Assembly: GCA_950097015.1 (NCBI GenBank)
Contig: CATNEN010000030.1
Location: 496,001 to 560,000, forward strand
Source of the DNA: Macrostomum hystrix
Lineage: Eukaryota; Animalia; Platyhelminthes
DNA: 64,000 bases
Direction: 5' to 3'
Both the position numbers and the translations under genes were made by a program. Numbering within the stretch: position 1 is the first letter of the stretch; each line of letters begins with the position of its first letter. The notes below the pieces were generated by a model. That model searched no databases, was not told where the DNA came from, and saw only the letters and a program-made list of their open reading frames with translations. Shown here in pieces: positions 60,401-64,000 of the stretch.

Positions 60401-62501
60401 CCCCCTACCTCTCTAACCCCAAATTTTCACTGACCCAGTCAACCCCTAGCTCTCTAACCCCAAATTTTCACTGACCTAGTCAACCCCTAGCTCTCTTACC
60501 CCAAATGTACACTGACCCAGTCAACCCCTAGCTCTCTTACCCCAAATTTTCACTCACCCAGTCAACCCCTAGCTCTCTAACCCCAAATTTTCACTTACCC
60601 AGTCAACCCCTAGCTCTCTAACCCCAAATGTACACTCACCCAGTCAACCCCTAGCTCTCTTACCCCAAATGTACACTTACCCAGTCAACCCCTAGCTCTC
60701 TAACCCCAAATGTACACTTACCCAGTCAACCCCTAGCTCTCTAACCCCAAATTTTCACTCACCCAGTCAACCCCCTACCTCTCTTACCCCAAATGTACAC
60801 TTACCCAGTCAACCCCTAGCTCTCTAACCCCAAATGTACACTCACCCAGTCAACCCCTAGCTCTCTTACCCCAAATGTACACTTACCCAGTCAACCCCTA
60901 GCTCTCTAACCCCAAATGTACACTTACCCAGTCAACCCCTAGCTCTCTAGCCCCAAATTTTCACTGACCCAGTCAACCCCTAGCTCTCTAACCCAAATGT
61001 ACACTTACCCAGTCAACCCCTAGCTCTCTAACCCCAAATGTACACTACCCAGTCAACCCCTAGCTCTCTAACCCCAAATGTACACTTACCCAGTCAACCC
61101 CTAGCTCTCTAACCCCAAATGTACACTCACCCAGTCAACCCCTAGCTCTCTAACCCCAAATGTACACTACCCAGTCAACCCCTAGCTCTCTAACCCAAAT
61201 GTACACTTACCCAGTCAACCCCTAGCTCTCTAACCCCAAATGTACACTGACCCAGTCAACCCCTAGCTCTCTAACCCCAAATTTTCACTCACCCAGTCAA
61301 CCCCTAGCTCTCTAACCCAAATGTACACTTACCCAGTCAACCCCTAGCTCTCTAACCCCAAATGTACACTCACCCAGTCGATTCTTATCTCTAACACCTG
61401 CTGCAAATACACGCCACCAAAAGCTTGTAATAATTAATTTTTTCTTTCAGAATTCCGAGTCCATCCCTATCTATTATTACACAGATTCTTATGCTCCCAT
61501 CGAATAACTTTTTTTTAAATACGTTAGCGGCCAAGGGAAATTCTCAATTATGCATGTTGTATGCGCTAGTTCTTATCTTATTTCACTCTGTGGCGGTGGG
61601 CATTTTTCTTTCCATTCATGCACTTTGTTGATTTAGACAAGTTAAAATAAATATTTTTCACTTCTAGCACACCCGATCCTTTCATCGCTTCTTTATTTCT
61701 AGCCCGCGGTTCCACCAAGACCCGCCCGCCGCTCGCCCCGTCACGACCCTCGGGCCGGTCATCGCGGCCTCACCAAGCCGACATAGAAAAGCGGCGCCGC
61801 CGCCTCCGCCACCGGCTCAGACTCGGAATCAAGGTGCGCCTGAGCCTTCGCCTGCTCTGCAGCAGAAACAGCAACAACAGCAGCAGCTCAACCACGATCA
61901 ATCTGAGCTTCCACTGCACCCGCCAGCACCACCACCGCATCAGCCACCGCCGCCAACGCAACCACCGCATCAGCCACCACCTCCACCGCCGCCGACGCAA
62001 CCACCGCATCAGCCACCACCTCCACCGCCACCGACGCAACCACCGCAGCAGCCACCACCTCCACCGCCACCGACGCAACCACCGCAGCAGCCACCACCTC
62101 CACCGACACCGACGCAACCACCGCAGCAGCCACCACCTCCACCGCCACCGACGCAACCACCGCAGCAGCCACCACCTCCACCGCCGCTGACGCAACCACC
62201 GCAGCAGCCACCACCACTGCCGTCGACGCAGCCACCGCAGCAGCCACCTCCGCCCGTGCCACCGGCCCGGCCGCAAGTTCCGCACAGTCTGCCAGTTTTG
62301 GCTGCACACACCCCGCTAGTAGATTTGTCGGCTAGTAGCAAAGAAGAATCAGAAGCTCCACTTCCTGCGCCGTTAGCTCCGACTCCGGCTCGACCGCCGC
62401 CGCCGTCGCTGCCGCCGCAGCAGCAGCCTTTAACAATGAAGTCGCCACCTGTGTCTGGCTCGGCCGTCCTTGACGAGTTCGAAGAAGTTACCAATCTTTG
62501 A
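49720..62501 (+). CDS. ARHGAP17: BAR + RhoGAP protein of the ARHGAP17/ARHGAP44/SH3BP1 (RICH/nadrin) family, ~973 aa if one extra C at 53518-53520 is removed; exons 49720-50658, 53257-53747, 54107-54592, 56948-57155, 61703-62501
   Basis: BAR end ARLAYHEHCF, then YGEPLEGHL, EE|GLFRL (arginine finger), GALKKYLKQLPEPL and NLRHLVKFL..NKMSAKNLAICIGPN. Proline-rich tail with C-terminal PDZ ligand EVTNL. Exon phases join only after deleting 1 nt in exon 2. Symbol is family-level; start codon uncertain. Confidence 0.88.
50703..51178. repeat. Intronic minisatellite, 28-bp unit CCCTACTCAATCAGACTGAAGGAATGGA
   Basis: Direct periodicity. Confidence 0.96.
51188..51260 (+). mobile_element. SINE family 1, 3'-end fragment
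   Basis: GCTGGCTGCAGGTTTAGTGTAACC...GTGCCATTGCCCGCAGACCTCCTGCAATTATT matches the family 3' end. Confidence 0.7.
51790..53222. repeat. Intronic minisatellite, 24-bp unit CCAGTGAATCCAGTACTCATCCAA
   Basis: Direct periodicity. Ends 34 bp before the RhoGAP exon acceptor. Confidence 0.96.
54686..54962. repeat. Intronic minisatellite, 33-bp unit CAGCTGAAGCACGGAAGGATCAGGTGGAGATAG
   Basis: Period 33 (CAGCTG at 54844 and 54877). Confidence 0.92.
55598..55917 (-). mobile_element. tRNA-headed SINE family 1 copy with an internal deletion
   Basis: Minus-strand head GGTGGCCGAGCGGTTAA...TTTCGATTCCGCGGCGAGGCC and (ATT)n tail. Confidence 0.85.
55945..56064 (-). mobile_element. SINE family 2 (CORE-like) fragment
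   Basis: CAGTCCATGGACTG...CAGCTGATGTTGGCACCCATTT...TTGCTCAAGGATACA is the reverse complement of the core region. Confidence 0.7.
56070..56330 (+). mobile_element. SINE family 1, 5'-truncated copy, inverted relative to 55598-55917
   Basis: Body from GGAGAGAAGGCTTGGGGG to GCCCGCAGCCC. No tRNA head. Confidence 0.82.
57430..59298. repeat. Intronic minisatellite, 41-bp unit ACAGTCTG(T/C)ATTGGACTCTATGGCTTTCA(T/A)GCTTATTAAAC (~45 copies)
   Basis: Near-perfect periodicity, no spacers. Confidence 0.97.
60325..61395. repeat. Intronic minisatellite, ~41-bp C-rich unit CCCAGTCAACCCCTAGCTCTCTAACCCCAAATGTACACTTA
   Basis: Period 41 (AGTCAACC at 60601 and 60642). Confidence 0.96.
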
Positions 62502-63284
62502 TCTCTACTAAACTGCACCAGTTATGGCATATGATGCTAATTGTTTAATCCTAACAGTTTAATGGCTATTCTGTTTTCGCCTTTTCCCGCTCCGATCTGT
62601 GATTGATTGACCAATTGCTAAATGCCAATAATACCTGTTACCTTATTCTTACCTGTTAATTTCGTTGTGTTTTATGGTTTGTTTGCCTTCTGCTGCCTAT
62701 ATTGACACTACACCTTGACAGATATTTTTATTAAACATTTCCATTGTCTCCCATTTCTTTAAGCCTCATTCCCATAGCCTTCCTGAATATTCCAAAATGT
62801 TTTACATTGTCTTAAGCGCTTGCTACTTTCAGTTATGGCCTTAATCGTTTTATATGATTATTGTTTATGATTGTTTTATATTGTCAGATTTAGATCCTCC
62901 CATATGCTAGGATCTAAATGATTCCGCTTATTAAATGCATTGTCATACAATCATCAAAGCTCCGAAAGATTCGTGATTTCATTTTTTGTTGATTTTGTGT
63001 TTGCCTATTTATATCAATTGACTCGCATGGACTAAATACCTGCGCTACACTTGGCCATTCCGTATGTGCTTTTGTTTTCACTACTCTATGGTGTGTTGAT
63101 TGTCTATTTATTCTGTTTGCTGGAATCAAATGCTTTTGTTCTGCCCGATATTCTACACTATTTGTTGGCAGATTATTGTCACGCCACTTTGATATTAGGT
63201 TGGTTGTGTTTTGATTTTCATTTGAGAAATTAGCACTAATGTTTAAGCGCACTATTTGAATAAATTTCCTACCACTGAATTTCC

Positions 63285-63755
63285 TAATGTACGCACGCAG
63301 CGGGACCCCTACAGCCCCTAACCCTATATACGCACGCAGCGGGACCCCTACAGCCCCTAACCCTATGTACGCACGCAGCGGGACCCCTACAGCCCCTAAC
63401 CCTATGTACGCACGTAGCGGGACCCCTACAGCCCCTAACCCTATGTACGCACGCAGCGGGACCCCTAACCCTATGTACGCACACAGCGGGACCCCTACCG
63501 CCCCTAACCCTATGTACGCACACAGCGGGACCCCTACAGCCCCTAACCCTATGTACGCACGCAGCGGGACCCCTACAGCCCCTAACCCTATGTACGCACG
63601 CAGCGGGACCCCTAACCCTATGTACGCACACAGCGGGACCCCTACCGCCCCTAACCCTATGTACGCACACAGCGGGACCCCTACAGCCCTTAACCCTATG
63701 TACGCACGCAGCGGGACCCCTACAGCCCTTAACCCTATGTACGCACGCAGCGGGA
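63285..63755. repeat. Minisatellite, 39-bp unit (with 30-bp deletion variants) containing CCCTAACCCT
   Basis: CAGCGGGACCCCTACAGCCCCTAACCCTATGTACGCACG repeated. Confidence 0.95.
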
Positions 63756-64000
63756 CAAAACTTCAACGCCATACACTGGGGTCCATGTGTACACTGTTAT
63801 AAAACCAACTAAGCGTGTTAGCTCTTCCGCTATTCTTTACTTGTCAAGTTGTTAAATTGAACGAATGCTTTCCTAATTCACAAAGCTGTCCACATTTCAG
63901 CACGGAAGAATCGTAGCTTATACTACTTGATTGCGTTTACTGCTGTGATTGCCAGTATCTATCTGTGTTTTTATTTTACTTACTAAAATAGTTTTTTAAG

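Noticed and set aside
61770-62518. Arg/His-, Ala/Val- and Gly/Cys-rich ORFs
   Set aside because: Alternative frames and antisense readings of the proline-rich last RhoGAP exon.

Overview
Eukaryotic (metazoan) genomic DNA: GC-rich, CAG/polyQ-rich exons separated by AT-rich introns packed with minisatellites. The style suggests a lophotrochozoan, possibly a Macrostomum-like flatworm, but that is inference only. I reconstructed spliced genes by hand with phase-consistent GT-AG junctions. On + there is the 3' part of TMF1, a complete thyroid hormone receptor (NR1A) gene, a ~1178-aa single-pass membrane protein with two tandem mGluR-like Venus flytrap domains and no 7TM, and a BAR+RhoGAP gene (ARHGAP17/44/SH3BP1 family) with a 1-nt frameshift. 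On - there is a single-exon ependymin-like gene, with a possible degraded paralogue facing it. Mobile DNA comprises a very young full-length Mag-type Ty3/gypsy LTR element (apparently identical 312-bp LTRs, 5-bp TSD, integrase frameshift), three copies of a TTAA-flanked MITE, a tRNA-headed SINE family with an HDV-ribozyme-like motif, and a CORE-type SINE family. About 18 tandem arrays, each with its own unit, account for most long ORFs in the supplied track. There is no CRISPR, rRNA or bona fide tRNA gene. The best novelty candidates are the 7TM-less tandem flytrap receptor, the TR with altered ligand-pocket and AF-2 residues, and the ribozyme-like SINE motif.
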